Positions 62,112 to 64,000 of a stretch of 64,000 nt of DNA are shown here, piece after piece. This DNA is from Tubiluchus corallicola. Lineage: Eukaryota > Animalia > Priapulida. Position numbers and translations under genes: made by a program. Each line of letters opens with the position of its first letter. Positions within the stretch are counted from its first letter, which is position 1. Below the pieces are notes generated by a model that worked only from the letters and a program-made list of their open reading frames with translations, had not been told where the DNA came from and did no database searches. Where the stretch lies: positions 496,001 through 560,000 of the forward strand of contig JAQGDQ010000027.1 in NCBI GenBank assembly GCA_030141605.1, read 5' to 3'.

Positions 62112-63565
62112 TCACTGTAAAATACTTCTAACAGCTTCATCAAGTTGCTGATCTTCTGCAGAAATTACACAATTTTCTGCATGCCCATTTTCTACGATTC
62201 CTTCTGCATGTTCTACATAGAACTGTTCTTGATAATCAATGTCTGGATAATCTTTTGTGTGAAATTCATATTGCTGAGTAAGTATATCTGCTGCTATGTT
62301 ATCTTCACTATAAGTGTAATCGTCTGTCGAACTATTTTCAGTTGCAAACGGAATGACGAGGTTGCCATCTGGTGATTCTGTACATTCATTTGTTGGCAAA
62401 TATTTCTGTTTTTGAACTTTATTACATGAAAGAGATGGAGAAGCAGGCGATGCTTCTATATCGGAAGTAGCAGTATCGTTCAGGTCATTTGAACAATAAT
62501 TTGCATATTCGTATACTTCGCGACTTTGCTCGGTGGTTGTAAGAATACTCGTAATCGCAGATTGAACCTGATCATCACTTTCGTTGTTATTCGTGTACCC
62601 AATTTCTTCTTTAACATGTTGCTCATTTACTGCATCATCGTTAGCTTTTAATCGATTGCGACATTTAGGAGAAACACGACTGCTATTTAACGCAACCACA
62701 GAATCAACGTCAGCATCACTAATATTATTATCTAATAAAGCACAATTGGAAACCAGTTCGTTTGGTTTGGTGATATCACAGATAGAGTCCCCCACGAGAT
62801 CTAAAGACGGATGCGTGCAAAGCAATCCCTGCACAGCAGTTCGACTTTCTTCTGAAGGTCTTGTTGCTGCCTCCAGTTCAGCATCACTTATTTCACCATT
62901 TGGCAGATGCTCTATTCTTTCTTTTGGCGCAGAATCCGTCAGTTTCTGTGGCCGAACTGATTCCTGCTTTGCACCTGCTTCCAAATTACTGACAGTAGCA
63001 GATGATATGTTAGGGGTATCATCTACATAATTTTCACTTACTTCATCTACACCATCCTCTTCCATGTCACTGTCATCACCACTGATTGCCTGGTGAATTG
63101 CACTTTCTAAAACATCCATAGGTTTGTCTATTACAGAGGGTCCAGGTGGCTTGTTTATGTCAATTACGGCAGCGGAGTTGCTGCTAGGCGGTAGCTGCAT
63201 AGTATAACACGCTTTCTGAGAATAAGAAACCGGTGCAACAGTCGGTACGGACACAATGTTCGGCAAGATTTGCACTTGTGCAGCGGTACTAGTAACACTT
63301 GGAACGAATACACTGGTACTGGCGGTGGTGTGTACAGCTGGTGTATTATTCATTAAACTCACATGTTCATGTTTACTAACTGCAGTCAATTTCTCATTAT
63401 CACAGATGGGTGACTTTGCTCTAGGTGATTTGGCTTCTTTAGCTGTTTCATCCAGCAGCAGATCAGGTTTTAGTGGACTAGGAGGAGTGCTGCTGGCAGG
63501 ACTTGGTGCCGACGAACCTTCTTGCAGATCGTCACTTATGTCTTTCAACTGGAAACCCTCTGGAA
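62112..63565 (-). CDS. Large terminal coding exon of an acidic, disordered protein, probably BICRA/GLTSCR1-like (gene continues beyond the window)
   Basis: About 484 open codons after acceptor catttcatag (63566); short motifs DDQVQSAITSIL and terminal QLDEAVRSILQ recall the 'LQSAIDSIL' and 'LEAAVNSIL' motifs of BICRA/BICRAL as remembered. Coding status is strong, identity is tentative. Confidence 0.55.
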
Positions 63566-64000
63566 CTATGAAATGCAGGGTACATAGATTAATACGGTGT
63601 AATCTAGCAAAAGCATGTTTTCGATTAATTTTTACTACAATATTCAAAACTAATGAATGGGTTTTGCATGAAATCTGCGCGGCTTGAATCCAGCCACTAA
63701 ATGATTAATTAATAATAAAAGCAGTGTTTGTTCAGCTAGCTAGCAAGGCAGCTCAGATAGCTGCTGAGATGTTACATTGTGTACCGAAGGTGGCTATCAG
63801 TGCAGCTCAGTACTCAAAATTTAGAGAAAAGCCACTGTTTCTTTCAAAATTATTTTAATAATAATAATAATAATAATAAATTTATTTGGAAATGCAAATA
63901 CAATATCTAGAATCACTGAGAAAAATAGACAATAATAATGATTTAATTTTGATGTGACAGCATGCATATAATAAATGGCAAGAACAAGAAGCAAAACATG

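Noticed and set aside
63566-63647. N-terminal part of the 511-aa ORF as a gene start
   Set aside because: It begins at a non-ATG codon and lies upstream of a good splice acceptor at 63566, so it is most likely intron.
62584-63687. Antisense ORFs opposite real coding exons (also 1318-1551, 12731-13255, 26859-27227)
   Set aside because: Shadow frames of genuine CDSs with no recognisable domains.

Overview
AT-rich, intron-containing eukaryotic (invertebrate animal-like) genomic DNA holding a compact cluster of housekeeping genes: THOC6 (-), mitochondrial CLPP (-) and CDT1 (+), all three with uninterrupted coding regions, followed by multi-exon ELP3 (+), TM9SF4 (-), RPS20 (+) and STT3A (+), and the large last exon of a probable BICRA/GLTSCR1-like gene (-). 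Intergenic and intronic space contains a decayed CR1-type LINE with a nested RTE-like insertion, L2/Crack-type 3' ends, several MITEs (hAT-like, Tc1/mariner-like, one TGT..ACA element with a 5-bp TSD) and a 105-bp tandem array derived from a MITE. Most notable: two intronic box C/D snoRNA copies with the U35/snR73 guide in TM9SF4, two U12-type (minor spliceosome) introns in RPS20 and STT3A, a GC-AG intron in TM9SF4, and a 3' splice acceptor exactly 25 nt before the ATG in each of the three intronless genes. Exon coordinates were read by eye and family assignments come from motif recognition, not database searches.
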